DNA of 64,000 bases from Sphagnum compactum (GCA_965153455.1 OZ234493.1:27022213-27086212); one strand, 5' to 3'. Counted from the stretch's first letter, positions 1 through 13,790 are shown. Notes: generated by a model not told the origin, from the letters alone. Program-made: numbers and translations.

Positions 1-1639
1 GATTTCAAGACGTTTTCAATTGCCATTAGTGCACGGAAAATTTAGTAAAAATAGTTAGACTTTTACACTTAGTTTGTAATGAGTAGGTGTAATATAGAAG
101 GATCGTTTTTAAAATTGCTTCATAGCCAAATTTAGTTAATTCTTCATAATGATAATTATCAATTTCTCTACACCTTCCTTTAGGTGATAACCATTTTGCT
201 TACATGCATAAATTTGTAAAAAAACACCAATCGACTAAAAAAAAGACAACTTACAAAATGGGGCTGAAAATGTCCCTTTAAACTACTATACTTCATCATG
301 AATCTTAACACTCTATTCATGCCTTCCAAGGAAAGGTCAACAAACAAAAGTCTAATGGAAACTCTCTATTCTCATGATTTGATCAAAGCAAGTTTTACAA
401 ATCTAAACATGTTGAAAATAAAGATGATTGTCTTATCATTCAAAGACACTCGAAAAATTAACAAAGTAACTAAATTTGCACAACAATCACATACAAAACC
501 ACATGAATCTAAATAGAATAGACCCAAGTGGTGAGGTGATAAGTTAGCTAGAGAGAACGAAGAAAACACTAACCAAAAAAAAAAAAGTTTACAACATTCA
601 AAGATAGTGGAAAACAAACCCTAAACCAATTAAACTACATGCAACAATGACATGTAGAAACACATAATTACAACAAGGTTCAAACACAAGGTTCAAACAC
701 ATGAAAGCAATGTTAAATTGCAAGCTTCGAACAAAAGTAAACTTCTTAAAAACAAATCAAACGAAAACAACAAAAGAATGTAGCAACATTATGATGCAAA
801 CTTCAAGTGCAAGGTTTTTTTTGAAAAAAAACACCAAACAAACAGCCCTTCAACTTCAACACTTGGTTGCAAGCTCTTCATTTGCACTACAAGCTCCAAG
901 CACAAGCTTAAGAAAAACCTCATTCTTTTCAAGCTACCAAATAAAACCTTGCTCCTTGCAAACTACCCAAAAAAAATCAACTTAAAATCAAGCTTCTTTT
1001 ACAAAACCTCACAAGCTAAAAAGAAGACAATCAAAATAATGATATCCTTTTGTTCTTGAAATCTCCCATAGCTTGCACAAAGAGGAAAAAAAGTAACCCC
1101 CGACAATTGTGATGGCAAATTAAAGGAGCTTTGCAAAACGGGGAGGGGGGCAAGAGGGAAAAAGGCTTAAAATTAGAGGTAGGCGGGTGAGAGAGTGGCT
1201 AGGTAAAAAGGAGAAAGGTGAGGGGTAAGTGGGCTTGGGTTAGTAAACCTAGAGGAGGGGAAGTTGGGTTGGTTTTGGGTTTAGTCCGAATGAAACTCAA
1301 AATGACCTTTCTCCAATTTAGTGCATTAGTGGGTGTTGGGTCATGTGGGCCTATTGGATGCTCCAATGTTATTGACTTGAGTTTGATGCAATGTGTGTGT
1401 TATCAAATGAATTTTGATAATGGAACCAAGAGTTTCCATACAAGTCCGATATTAGTATATTTCCAATAAATTCATATGAAACACATAGGAAGACTATAGT
1501 TATAGAATGATAGTATTGTTAGGTTGAATTAAAATTGGCATAATGTGAAACAACATGTTGTTCATATGATGAAATGACGATATAGTGAGATGGTATATTA
1601 CTTTGAAGTTTGATAATTAAACTCAAGGGTTTCTAGATT

Positions 1640-2100
1640 GAATACGCCTCATTTTGGTTACACCCTATAATTGGGCATTCCCAAAATAAGAGGTCCCAAG
1701 AATGTTCTATGTAGGATAAAGCCCTAGAGTGGAGCATTTCCAAAATTAAAGGGCCTAATATGAGGTGGGGGTAACAAAGTTTGGCCCTCCATTTTGGAAA
1801 TGTCCCCTTGGTTGTGAGCCTTACCCACTAGAAAGCACAAGGGGTGCCTCATCATAAACCTTAAGCCTAGATCATGAGGTAGTAGGAATTGGAGCAATCT
1901 TAAGAACACTATTATAGTCTATCTTGTTCCTAATTCGTATCCATAAAATCCCTCCTCTTTTATAGGAGTGATATTCAAGGTATAAGGTGCTCTCCAAATA
2001 CATTTAGAAAACTTCTCCAAATTATTTACAAAATAGGTGTTGGTTCATTCAAGGTCTCCTTTCATAATCCAAAATATTTTTCTCTCATAGCCATGATGTT
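1640..2100 (-). mobile_element. Possible LINE ORF2 C-terminal remnant (degraded)
   Basis: Minus-strand reading ...SYIEHSWDLLFWECPII... resembles the HLFWxCP zinc-knuckle motif of L1-type ORF2; no intact ORF. Confidence 0.25.
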
Positions 2101-4271
2101 GATGATGAGCTAATAATCGATAATAAGTTTATACAACCCTAGTTGCCTAAATATTGCAAAAGCTAACCCTTTAGTTACAAAATGGGTATAAAATGGGCAT
2201 GCATTTTCATTATTTATTTAATTAAAATGAAAAAATGTGCACATTTTGAATTTAAAAAATAAATTAAAACTACAATTTGATGTAAAAAATGTAAGAATCA
2301 AAATCTTTGATTCATCCTTGACTAGGATAAACATGTTTACAAATGAACACTTAGTGTATTAAAAGATAATTCATCATGGTGAACATTTGGTTAGCGATGA
2401 AGTTTAAAAATAATTTGTAACTCATCTTGAGGCGCTCCAATAAACTTTTGAATCATCTAATTTTGTTAAGTATTATGAAAGTTATGGCCCAAAACAAGGG
2501 TCTTCCTTTTGAAATACATCTTTACCATACCCGCACTACTACTCTTAATATGTGCACTTTTATCATATGTTAACACCATTCAATTTTATCACATATGATT
2601 TGCCCAAAGTTCTCACCTTCTCACCTATATAATTGGGTCGGGAGCATCACATCTCACATAGAAATTTATGTTTTGGGAAGCTCCCAAGTTTTAAGGTTTG
2701 TTTTTTTTTTCAATTGGCCACTCAAATTGGCAAATTGCAAGGGGAAAAAGAAAACTTGGGAGGCACCTTATTTAGTTAATAAAACAAATAAATTTTATAG
2801 CTTAAGCCATATTGACTATTTTTTTAAACTCGAATGTTAAAACATATCCAACTTTGAGTACATGTATTTCTTACATATTATCTAAGGTTGTGACTAGGGC
2901 ATAATTTTTCAAATGTTAATTTTGAAGAAAATACATTAGGGTTAATAACCCAACCTATCCATACCTAGCGATTACATTTGGGTAAAGTATCTATTTGCAC
3001 ACCATTGACAAACAATTTTAGGAATATAATTTTCATGTAACCAATTAAATGGTTCAATATGCACCCATAAGTGCCCATCATTCATGGGGAAAGGGATTTT
3101 TTGTTGTCCCCAATGTGTTTCCAAGGGGTTCCCATCAAGTTCCAAAAATGTGACCCAATGTGTTCCAAATAACACCACATTTTTATCCCATATGGTTTGC
3201 CCAAACTTACTTATTAATGTGAAGAATTTTCTAAGCGTTGGTATAAAAACCATTTTGCATAATCATTCATATGCTTGTCCATTGACAATTCATACCTACC
3301 ATGTTTTCAAACCTAACTATTTCACTCTTTTTTCCTACCACCAAGATGGATATGAAAAGGTAAATTAACATTACATTTTTCATATCCATGATATTTATAT
3401 TAATTCTAATTAAATTAAATTTGAGCTTGATATAAATGATGATGAACTATTGCAAAACATCTAGGAACATAAGAAAAAAATTAAAAATAGTTGATCATCA
3501 TTGGTAGTTTGAAGTAGAGCCCATATATATATATCTATATATTAGGACCAAAGGGAAGCACCTTTGTGCTTCTATTTTAAAGAGAGACCAATGTTTTCAA
3601 AATAGAAGTGATGGGGCAATCAATTTTTTTGGAATTTGGGGGATTTTCCCATTAAAAAAAAATCAATTTTGCATCGATGTAAATGTAGTAAAGCTTCAAG
3701 ATATTTGTTGATCCATTTTGATCCCAATCCTTGTCTTAGCAATCCAATTCCATACATAGTATGGGCATTGGCGATACGGTTGTAGCATTGCATCCCATGA
3801 TGTTAGTACTTAGTAAGTACCTTTAAGGCTGGAAAAAAGATGATTTTCAAGCACTTGGTTTGGAAGGTGATAGTTTGTATAACAAATTAGGTCATGGAAA
3901 AATATGTAAATTAGGGTTTTCATTGTTTTTCCCCATTTTTTTCATTTCTGAAAAGAAAAAACTCACCAAGTTGTGAAAATTTTCCCCAAAAAAAAAAGTG
4001 AATTTTCTCTCAACTGATGCTAAATCATAAATTTTTATTTTTATTTATTTTTGAATATATAGTTCTAGTGTGTTTAAAGTTTTATTTTCTTTGCATTTTT
4101 AAGGCACATTCTGATTCCTATCCCACAATCAGGTTCAATGTAAAAAGAAAAACACAGCACCAGAACCTTGAGTTTGGTCATACACAGGGTAAGATTTTTA
4201 TAAAAAACCTGCCAGAAAAAAAAGTACATTAGCATTCAACGGGAGATGAAACTCAGAAAACCATCAATTTT

Positions 4272-4632
4272 GGTAGTAAACTGAGCCTCATACTGTCTTT
4301 CCTTTTTCTCCTGAGCGCCTCCTCCACTGCTGCTACAGAATTTCACTTGTTTCTAACTTTAGAACTACTATAATTAGTCTCGAACCTCGTGCATTAAATG
4401 CTGAGTTTCAGCATTTCATACTCAGATTTAATAAAAATGTCTTTACTTTGCCAGTAAACAGAGCCTCATCCTGTCTTTCCTTTCTCCTCAGCGCCTCCTC
4501 CCTCCACTGCTGCTACAGAATTTCACTTGCTTCTAACTTTAGAACTACTATAGTTAGTCTCGAACCTCGTGCATTAAATGCTGAGTTTCAGCATTTCATA
4601 CTCAGATTTAATAAAAGTGTCTTTACTTTGCG
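4272..4632. repeat. Tandem duplication, 2 x ~180 bp
   Basis: cgaacctcgtgcattaaatgctgagtttcagcatttcatactcagatttaataaaa starts at both 4381 and 4561; the surrounding unit sequence also aligns. Confidence 0.92.
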
Positions 4633-5464
4633 GGTACCACTGAAAGAGAGGATAGGGGGTGAAAGGAGGCCCAAAGACAGGGTGAAAACAGGCTTACTTT
4701 ACGGATAACTCTATTATCCTATGTTTTTTTTTATTAGATCTGCCCAGTGGGAAATGACCAAAAAAAAAAACTGACTTCCACATAGATACATGTTGGGTTG
4801 TGGGAATCAAAATTTTGGCTTGAACTATGAACCACTTTGTAAGGCAAAGTTGGAGACCTAACTCTACTAGGAAAGAACAAAACCCTACCTATTCCAAAAT
4901 TTCCTTTGTAATTTCAGTTACCTACCTTCACACAATTTCCTTTTCAAGCATAAAGGGCTCCAACCTTTCACTCACAAAACATCCCAATTTTTGTCCACAC
5001 CTTCATTTTATTTTATTTTTTGAGTTTATTTTCAAGTTTTGAGGGTAAACTTGAAACTCGAATTCTCTTCCAATCTCAAACTCCCCATAAATACCAATCC
5101 ACATAGCCCCTGGCACCACCCTTAGAACCTTACACCTTTGCTCCTTCCCATTACCTATCCATTCCTCTCAACGGCCATGGTACATTATTATCCTTGATTT
5201 TTTATCGAGGGTTTAGGGTTTAGACCCACTCCTCCCAAGGGACAATAACCGGGACAATAACCTTATCATGAAGAGGCTCTTGTTCACAAATGCCGACTGA
5301 AGCGTTTGTTTTCTCTCTCTCACACTTGAGATCCGAGGGCTTGAAGGGGAAGGTTATTAGTTATTACCTTCCAAATACATGTGTAGAGAGCATCCATAAA
5401 AAAAGTTTTAGTGCAAGGATTGAAGGAAATTAGAACACACAAGGGACCACAAATGTGGGTTTAG

Positions 5465-5532
5465 AATGAAACCCCGGTTAAAAACTGGAACCCAAGGTTC
5501 TTCATGAAAGTCAAGAACCACCCAACACTGGT
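5465..5532. mobile_element. Terminus of a hAT-like non-autonomous element
   Basis: Ends in AACCACCCAACACTGG with GAACC/GGTTC subterminal motifs; related ends at 16430-16444 (ACCGCCCAACACTAG) and, inverted, at ~58112. Confidence 0.45.
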
Positions 5533-8500
5533 GTTAACCTAGGTTACTTGGTGTTGAAACATTTTTCAACATTTGGCCTCACTTTTTTTTAAAAAAATAC
5601 TATTCATTTTCTGAATGATGTTGTGTTGAAATGGAAACGGTGAGTATGACACAAAAGAAAAAATACATATAAAATGCATGTAGACGCTCACCTATCATCC
5701 AATCTATATTTTGTTCTTTTTGCATTTGAGTAAGGTTTATCTACTTGAGCATCATTGAGCTTTTTTAATTTTATTTTTCTTTTGAATTATTTATGTGACA
5801 CTAGTTGCATGAGCATATTACTAATAAAAGCAAAGAAGTTAGAGTCAATTTTGCATACCATGACAAGAAAAAAAATCTTTTTTTTTTCTTGCAAGTAGAG
5901 AATAATATGAAATGAGATAGTACTTTAGATAAGGATGATGCAAGTTTGGAAGAAACAATGGACAAGTGCTAAAAGCACATTTTTAAAAAGTGATGAAACC
6001 ACTTTCTATTTATACAAGTTTGGAGGATGTATAAACTCTTTACCAATTTTCAAAATGATTTTTTTCTGATTTAAAATGAATTTTTTAAATGAGGGACCAA
6101 AAAAAAAAATTGGAATTTGAACTTACTAGAAGGAAAAGAAAAAATAAAATGAACAAATGTTGTAAGGGTTTTGATTATAATAAGAGTATCACTATATTTA
6201 CATTAGGTCGGTGTCTAAAATGTATTGATTTCTTTCAATTGAACCACGAAATTCATGAACATCCACTAAAATCAAATGTAAATTTGTTTTCATAATAACA
6301 TTAATTTCAACCTTAAATGCCAAATAGCTTCCATGTGTTATTGCAACATCAAGAGTCAATAATTTCTCTCTCTTTTTGGAAAATTTTGGCAAAAATTTTA
6401 CCTAAATATTCCAATTTTAATATATGCAAACAATTTCATATGAAAAAAGTCCCAAATTAGTGAGCTTCTATTTTTTATATAAAATAGGTCATAACTCTAT
6501 ATGAGGTTTGAACATGTAGTAAATGACATAGAAGGAATTAAGATGCTTAAATATTTATACATTAGCATTTCATTTATAACAAAATTTGGCTAAACCTTCT
6601 TTGGAACGGGTGAATAACTTGTTATTTCTCCTTTAAAAAATTTCCTCAAGTGGTTATGGGTGAACAAATTTTTATGTCTATTTTATTCCATTAATCTTTT
6701 TCTATTTTGAAATGGGTGAAAAAAAATTCTTTTATTCACAAATATTTTCTAAAAATCTTCTTTTGAATGGTTGTTAAGTTGTTTGGAATGATAATGGTTA
6801 CAATTTATTTTTCTTTCCTTTCAACCTTTTTTTCTTCGAAAATTGGTGGATAATAATTTTACAATTTTTTCAACCTGCCCCTCCTTTCGAATGAGTAAGT
6901 AGTTTTTTTTCCCCTTCCATTCATATTCTTTTACAAAATGAGTGAAGAATTTAATTCTTTTCCTCCAACCTCTTTCTCCCTTTGAAAGGATGAACAATTT
7001 TTATTATTTTTGTGAACCTCCATTTTTTAAAAACCCTAAAAATGTACCATAAATATACATTCTTCTTGCCCCTCCAACCACCTTCTCCTTTGGAAAGGAT
7101 GGACCATCAAATTTTCTTCCCTCTTCAACATCCTACTTCTTGGCCTCTCCCAAAACCCCACACAATTTAACAATAGCATTCACGAAGATGGAAATAATAC
7201 ATGTTTGTGTGGGGCCTTTCCTATTGTCTACAACCCATTTTGGATATGTATCATTTCATATTCACATTATCTATGTTCAAATAAATTATCTACCTCTTTT
7301 CTCATACCCACTTATTGTGAAAAATCACATGTTACGTATAATTTAATAATGGCCAAAGTTATTCATGTTTAAATAATAAAATGAAAGTGAAATATTATGG
7401 GAATACATGATGCAACACATATAATGAAATTGTCTTGCATTTTACTAAAAATTTCATAACAAATTGACATTGTTTTGTGAGATTCAATGTTAATATGCCA
7501 CTCCACCCTGATGAATTGCATTTATTTTCCATTTAAAAATCCTTTGGACATTGAGGATCCTAAGTCTCCATAACATAAATTTCCACATCTATTAATTTCC
7601 AACATGAGGAACATTTATCCAATGAAGTATGTAGCTTCATGTTAGATTGTAAGAATAAATCATTAAAGCAATAAAAATTATAGCACATAATGTTATATAA
7701 CTAAGGAAAATTTTGGAGCAAAATTGTTATTTTTAAATATTTTTGCAATAATTGATAATACACAACAAAGCATGGAAATTGGAAGTATAACTGAATTTTT
7801 ATTTCATAGCAAGACTTCTACCCACCAAAAAATATTTAACAATTTGTAAAACATAATTGGTATAAAATGGCTTTCAAAACAAAGAGATATCATGTAGTTT
7901 TGGCGATTTTCATTGCCATTCCTGAAAATGAAATATTAACACTAGTTAACGGTAGTATTAACACACAAATACACAAATGAAATAAATTTGATTGAATAGG
8001 TATGTTCACATAAATAATATTATTATTTTTGAAATTGTAGTTTGAGGTAACTTGGCCATAAAATTATTTGTCCACAATTAAACCCTTTTGATTAAATTGC
8101 ATCATATGTTACCCTCAAACCCTAAACCCATTTGGTTTGGAGTTTGGTCTTTTGCTTTGATAATTGTTTTGGGAGAGGTTATGGGTTCAATTCCCCATGA
8201 ATTTAACCTGACCATAAAGATTAGATAACCTAACCCTAATAAATAAAGGTCATGAGGCACATAATTGTAGGGAGCCATTTAATGAGCACCTTTGGGCTAG
8301 GGACCACCAAACAGCATTGCTTTCAAAAGTGAAGAAGACAATAGTTTTTATTGAGTGCAAAGCTCTTCAATCAAATTTAGTTGGCAAACTGGTTTGTCAA
8401 TATTTTTGCTAACCATCAAATGAAGGTTTTCATGTCTTGTAGTGTGACTTTCAAATTAACTTTGCAAGACTTGACAATCAGGGGTTTTTTTTTAATTAAT

Positions 8501-10753
8501 TTTAAAAATTATATATATTTTTAAAATATCAATTTGGTGACATTAAAAAAAATTCAAAATTTTCCCCAAAAAAGGAGAAATTTAGTTGAATTTTTGGTTT
8601 AAAAGTTCCAAAAAATTCCCACTTTTTGGTTTTTTTCAAAAAGAAAAAAATTTCAGTGAAAGAAAACAATTGTTGACATTCATTGCAATATATTTACTTA
8701 TATTTAATTTTCTTTTATGAAAAATTAAATATTTTTCTTCTATAAATTTTGTTTGAAAACACATTCAATTAGGTTTTGCATGTGTTTGAAGTAAAAAGTA
8801 CAATTTTTTCCTAAGATCTATGCCTAAAAAAAGTCCCCTCTTATTATTATAATGATTTTTTTGCAAAATTCCTCAACAATGCTAATGAATCTAAGGTAAG
8901 AATAAACTTGATGATGAACAATTAAACACCCTTTCCCAAAGGAATTAATTTAAAAGATTATTTTGAACAATAATGCATATATAGGGTTCATAGTTTTTAT
9001 TTTCCAAAAAAATTAGGAAGAAATTGTCTTCCACTCAGAATTTTTTTTCCACTTTAGGTAAGTATTGTTGAACAACTCTTTTTTTTTGTCTTTTTTCTTT
9101 TTTGGAATGTGCCATGGGACCCTCAAAATATTATTTACTTGAAGATCATGGTCCTTCAAAGGCACTTTACTTTCTTAAAAAGGGGATGAACATAATGAAA
9201 GTACTCCTAAGGATGGATGACCTAATTAAAGAAACAACATGGTTGCAAAGTTAACATGGATGGAGCCCATGAAGCCCTTCTCCAAAAGGGGGGGGGGGAT
9301 AGTACTAGACCAAAAATTATTTAAAAATTATTTAGTTATTTATTAAAAGGCTTTTGTTATTGTTGAGAGACGGGATTGTTTTTAAAAAAATTATAAAAAA
9401 AGTCGTGCAAGTTTCGGGTGTCGTCTTTGTATATGTTCTCGAGAGAAGGGTGTTTTTTCATGTGCAAAAAAGTTAAATAAATAAATAAATAAATCGACTT
9501 TCGCAATGTCGATATGGGGGGGTGGGATGTTGAGTTCTTCTTGAGAAAAAGTCTTTAAATAAGGGGGGCACACACAACCTTCGTACCTGTCTCATTTCAT
9601 TCTCTTGTGTCGATCGAGCTCTCGAACGTATTGTAGTTGATGACATTCAGTTTTCGCCCATCTTCTGATGGGGCGTAATCTTTTCTCTACTCAATTTTAT
9701 TTTGTGACCAAATTTTTCGTTATTTGGGGTTATGGTTTTATACATACGTGACACATGTTTTTTTTTAAAATTTTTAATAATGTGTTTTTTTTTTCTTTTG
9801 CGGAAGCACTAATCCGCCACTAATCCCTCACTTATGAGCTTAATTTTTAAGCTTATTCCGTGCTCAATTTGGAAGAGGAAGAAGAACAAGAAGAGAACCC
9901 CGCGAATCCGGTGATTAACAAAGTAAGTAAGTACCTTGTAGTGCAGTGGGGATCCCCAAGAGTTAGGACTTAGGACATGCACGTTAGTCACTAATCTTTT
10001 TACTAATCCTTTTAATTTCAGTTAATTGGGAGTTTGTTGTGATGTACATAATTGTGTTTTCAATTTAATTTTGGGTGTCTTGGCTGTTTTTTTGGTGGTA
10101 TATATAAAAAGTTTAGGATTTTTGAGATTTGATAAAAATAATAATTGCAGTTTTTTTGAGAGATTTTTTTTGGCGAATTAATTATGTGTTAAGATTAGGG
10201 TTTAGTGTAGTTTTGGATTGAAGAGATTTTTTGGTGAGAGACAATTTCAGTGTCTCAAGATTTGGTAGTGTGTTTTTTGAGAAGAACTTGTGTTTTTTTT
10301 GGTGGGTTTTGTGGGTTTAGTGAGCATTTCAATTTGATTTTTTTGTTTTTTGGAGTTGCTCTTGCTGTTGCTCTTTTTCTGTGGGTTTTGAGTTTGTTGT
10401 GGTGATTTCTTTGGTTTTTTTTTTGTTTTGTCACTATTTTGTTTTTGGTTGCATTTTTCTTGTTCCATCTATACCTAGGTACTCGTCGTTCATCTTTGCA
10501 GAGAGATTTTGTGAGAAAGATTTTGGACGTTGTTGTTGTTGTTGTTGTTGTTGTAGCAAAAGGAGGTGCAAGCAAAGAAGCTTTGGTTTTACTTATCTGA
10601 ATTTGTATTTGTGCTGTTGTTGTGGTGGCTTTGGGTGGGTGATGTTTTTGGGGATCCCTTCTTCTTTCCTCTGCAAGCGTGGGAATCCTGAGCAAGTAGC
10701 AGTGTGAAGGAGCCGGAGGAGGAGGAGCAGCAGTAGCAAGCAGTGGCGGCACG

Positions 10754-12355
10754 ATGAGGAAGAAAGTCTCTTGGACGGTATGGAAGAAGCAGTTGAAGCA
10801 GTATGTTGCATCTGGTACCAAACTGCCGGCAGTGGAAGTGAATGAAGAGAATGGGCAGGAAGAGAATGAACCGGTGGTCGATGGCAGCAGCTACAATGAT
10901 GATCATCACATTGGAGATTTAAGCATTGGGTCGTCTTCCTCTTGCGCGGATCTCAAGTCTTCTGATGATGCAAGTCAGAGAGAAGAAGAGAAGCAGCCGC
11001 AGAAGCAGTCATGCAGCTTGAAAGCAAACGTCCCGGAGGTCGAACTTGCACCGCTGACGCCTCCACGATCAAATCCTCCTCTTGGGTCCGCCGCACCACA
11101 AAGATCATCACCGCCGACGCCGCCAGGCTCAAGATCCAATTCTGTCTCTGCATCTGCCGTCGGGAGTGCATTGACCAAGGGAGCATTCAAACATGTGTAC
11201 AGATCAGGACCTGTGCGAAAGAAGCTTTCATCACGAACCACATCTGGAGGAGGAGGAGCTCTAAGCGATGTGAGTGGTGCATCGCAACAGAAAGAAGAAG
11301 AGATGAGCATCGCCGCTGCCACCACGATCCAAGCAGCTTTTCGTGTATATAGGTCCCGCAGCAGCTCATCGCCGGAAGAGATGTGGTCCGAGGGGATCAG
11401 CAACCCGATCGGGATGTTAGAGAAAGAGCTGGGACAAACCCAATTCTCAAGCACCCAACACATGATTTCCCAGCCAAGTCCAGGAGGTGCAGATCAGAAG
11501 AACATCAACGGAGAATGGGATGCCGATACGCGTACTCTTGCGGTTTGTGAAGCTAGTGCACAATTGAAACAGGTAGGGGCTATCAAGAGAGAGAGGACAA
11601 GAGAATATGCGCATGCTCTTCGCCGATTGAGATATGGTCTTGAACAGAATAATAAGGGTTCTACTGCAAGAGCTCTACAGGCTACCGATGACAAGCTGCT
11701 GGACAAGCCAGGCTATGTGTTGAATTGGCTGGAGCGCGCACAAGGAGTTGCTGTTAACGACAACAACTATGTACCCAAAACTGTCAGTAGTGATGCCACA
11801 CAAAAGCAGCTTCCATCTGAGATTAGCTTGTCGCTGAACAATGGGATTGCCAATGGTACTGCTACTAAGAAAAAGAAGCCTAATGGGACTGAGAAAGAGA
11901 ATTCAAGGCGCAGCAGCGACAACAAAACAACAAAGCCCAAAAATGGCGACGAAGAGAAGAAATCCAACAACAGAAATGTTGATCAGAAGACGAAGCAGTT
12001 ACGAGAGAAATTATCGGAAGCCGTCACAACAACAACCCATTCACCTCTTGGCGGTGCTGAGAATGTTGGCAATCGATTTGATGTTGATCATGGTATTGAA
12101 GAATTCTATTTACAAAACCGATCATCATCAGCTTCTCCTCCTCATCCGACCACCACAGGGAGCAATAACAAGAACGACAGAAGAAGACGAAATAGCGTTG
12201 CCGGAGGTAATATTGCTACTGCCGCCGCTGCTGCTGAAGTAGTAACATCAACAGCGCAGCAGCAACGCAGGCTTTCTTCTTCACCATTTGCAGGGGTGAA
12301 AGCTTCAATTCCCTCTGCAGGCGGCAATCCAAAGAAGCTTCCCTTCAAGATCTAA
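10754..12355 (+). CDS. IQ-motif (IQD/IQ67-domain family-like) protein, 533 aa, single exon
   Basis: Basic N-terminus MRKKVSW (cf. MGKKxxW), IQ motif AATTIQAAFRVYR, IQD-type blocks GEWDAD...KQVGAIKRERTREYA and LNWLER, basic Ser-rich C-terminus; 1602-nt uninterrupted ORF. Confidence 0.8.
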   Translation: MRKKVSWTVWKKQLKQYVASGTKLPAVEVNEENGQEENEPVVDGSSYNDDHHIGDLSIGSSSSCADLKSSDDASQREEEKQPQKQSCSLKANVPEVELAPLTPPRSNPPLGSAAPQRSSPPTPPGSRSNSVSASAVGSALTKGAFKHVYRSGPVRKKLSSRTTSGGGGALSDVSGASQQKEEEMSIAAATTIQAAFRVYRSRSSSSPEEMWSEGISNPIGMLEKELGQTQFSSTQHMISQPSPGGADQKNINGEWDADTRTLAVCEASAQLKQVGAIKRERTREYAHALRRLRYGLEQNNKGSTARALQATDDKLLDKPGYVLNWLERAQGVAVNDNNYVPKTVSSDATQKQLPSEISLSLNNGIANGTATKKKKPNGTEKENSRRSSDNKTTKPKNGDEEKKSNNRNVDQKTKQLREKLSEAVTTTTHSPLGGAENVGNRFDVDHGIEEFYLQNRSSSASPPHPTTTGSNNKNDRRRRNSVAGGNIATAAAAAEVVTSTAQQQRRLSSSPFAGVKASIPSAGGNPKKLPFKI

Positions 12356-12504
12356 GAAAGCAAAAAACAAAACAAAACAAATAAAAAATAGCAAGAGTTT
12401 GCTGCAGCAGGTACTCATAAAACACACACGCTCGCTCACTCGCATCGTAAATCCCCCAATTGTGATGGTGTCGCAGATAGACTGTTGCAACGCAGAAAGC
12501 CAGA

Positions 12505-12539
<35 letters not shown>

Positions 12540-12637
12540 CTTCTGCAACCCAATCGATTCCTAAACTCCTCACCCTAAAACCCTTTCTCTCTGTGCAACC
12601 CAGTCGATTCCTAAAACCCTAAACCTAAAACCCTAAA

Positions 12638-12679
<42 letters not shown>

Positions 12680-12840
12680 ATATAGTCGATTCTTAAATCC
12701 TAAACCTAAACCCTATAACCCTTTTATCTCTGTGCAACCCTGTCGATTCCTAAAACCCTAAAACCCTCTCTCTCTCTCTTTGCAATGCAGTTGACTCCTT
12801 AAACCCTAAAACTCTCTCTCTTTCTCTCTTTCTCTGTCTA
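12505..12840. repeat. Compound array: (CT)n + TGCAACCCAGTCGATTCCT + telobox-like AAACCCTA, ~5 degenerate units
   Basis: Unit ctctct..tgcaacccagtcgattcctaaaaccctaaa recurs at ~12545, 12594, 12680, 12733, 12780. Confidence 0.8.
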
Positions 12841-12964
12841 CTGAAAGGCGTATGTGGATTAGTTTGTGAAGAAGATGACCCTTCTTCTGCTTTCTTTTCA
12901 TTTTCTTTCCCTTTTCCTTTCTACTCTTGGATCTTCTTTCTGCATGTTATAAGTTGCAACAACA

Positions 12965-13790
12965 ACAGGAGGAACAAGTGAGAGTGAGTTGCAAGGGTTT
13001 CAGTGTATACACAAAACTGTCACAATTTGACCCAAAAAAAATTTACTGTAATTATAAAACTGATTTGGTTTTTTTTTCTTTCCCTTATAAATATTGAAGA
13101 AGAATTTAGTGCTGAAAATGTGCATTTTAAAGATACTTTTTAAAGTCTTTAATCTTCAGGACAAGTAGAGAGTGTTTTGCAAGGTTTGGTGTACACAAAG
13201 CATTTGTCACAAATTCACTTCTTTTGTTGTGATGTAAAAAAACAAATTGATGTGAGTTTATTGTTGAAGAAGATTAAATAGTGGAAATGTGCAATTAAAA
13301 ATAGTTTACATCTAAGTCTTTAGGACGAATTAGTGTTTGTAGGGTTCTGTGTACGTGCACAAATTGTCATGGTTTGACAATTTGTATTATAACATTCAAA
13401 ATTTGATGTGAATTTTTTAATATTTGGAGGGGATTTTAGGATGAAAATGTGCAATCGAAAATAAGTCACATCTTAATCTCTAGGACAAGTAAATGTTTGC
13501 AAGGTTCAATCTACACACAAAATTGTCATGATTTGTCAATTTTCACTATCATATTAAGAAAATTAATGTGATCATTGCAAAACTTGGAAAAGATTCAATT
13601 ACGAAAGTGTGCAATTAAAGACAATTTACATCTTAATCTTCAAAGACAAGTGAATGTGTGCAATGTTCCACATAAAACTAGTACAATTTCATAATTTGTA
13701 TTATGATATTAAAATTTGATTTGACTTTCTCAAGATTTGGAGAAGATTTAATAGTGAAAATGCACAATTCAAGGTAATATAGAATTTTAA
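12965..13790. repeat. Degenerate tandem repeat, ~5 x ~160 bp
   Basis: Anchor aggacaagt..gtttgcaagg at ~12970, 13158, 13322, 13482, 13642; shared gaaaatgtgcaatt and acatcttaatct blocks. Confidence 0.8.

Noticed and set aside
10247-10909. Several ORFs upstream of the IQD-like gene (poly-Thr, poly-Cys, Lys-rich)
   Set aside because: Produced by (TTG)n and T-rich low-complexity leader sequence; no domain signal.
12560-12820. Interstitial telomere or chromosome-fusion scar
   Set aside because: CCCTAAA motifs occur only as 1-3 imperfect copies within larger units, not as a continuous telomeric tract.
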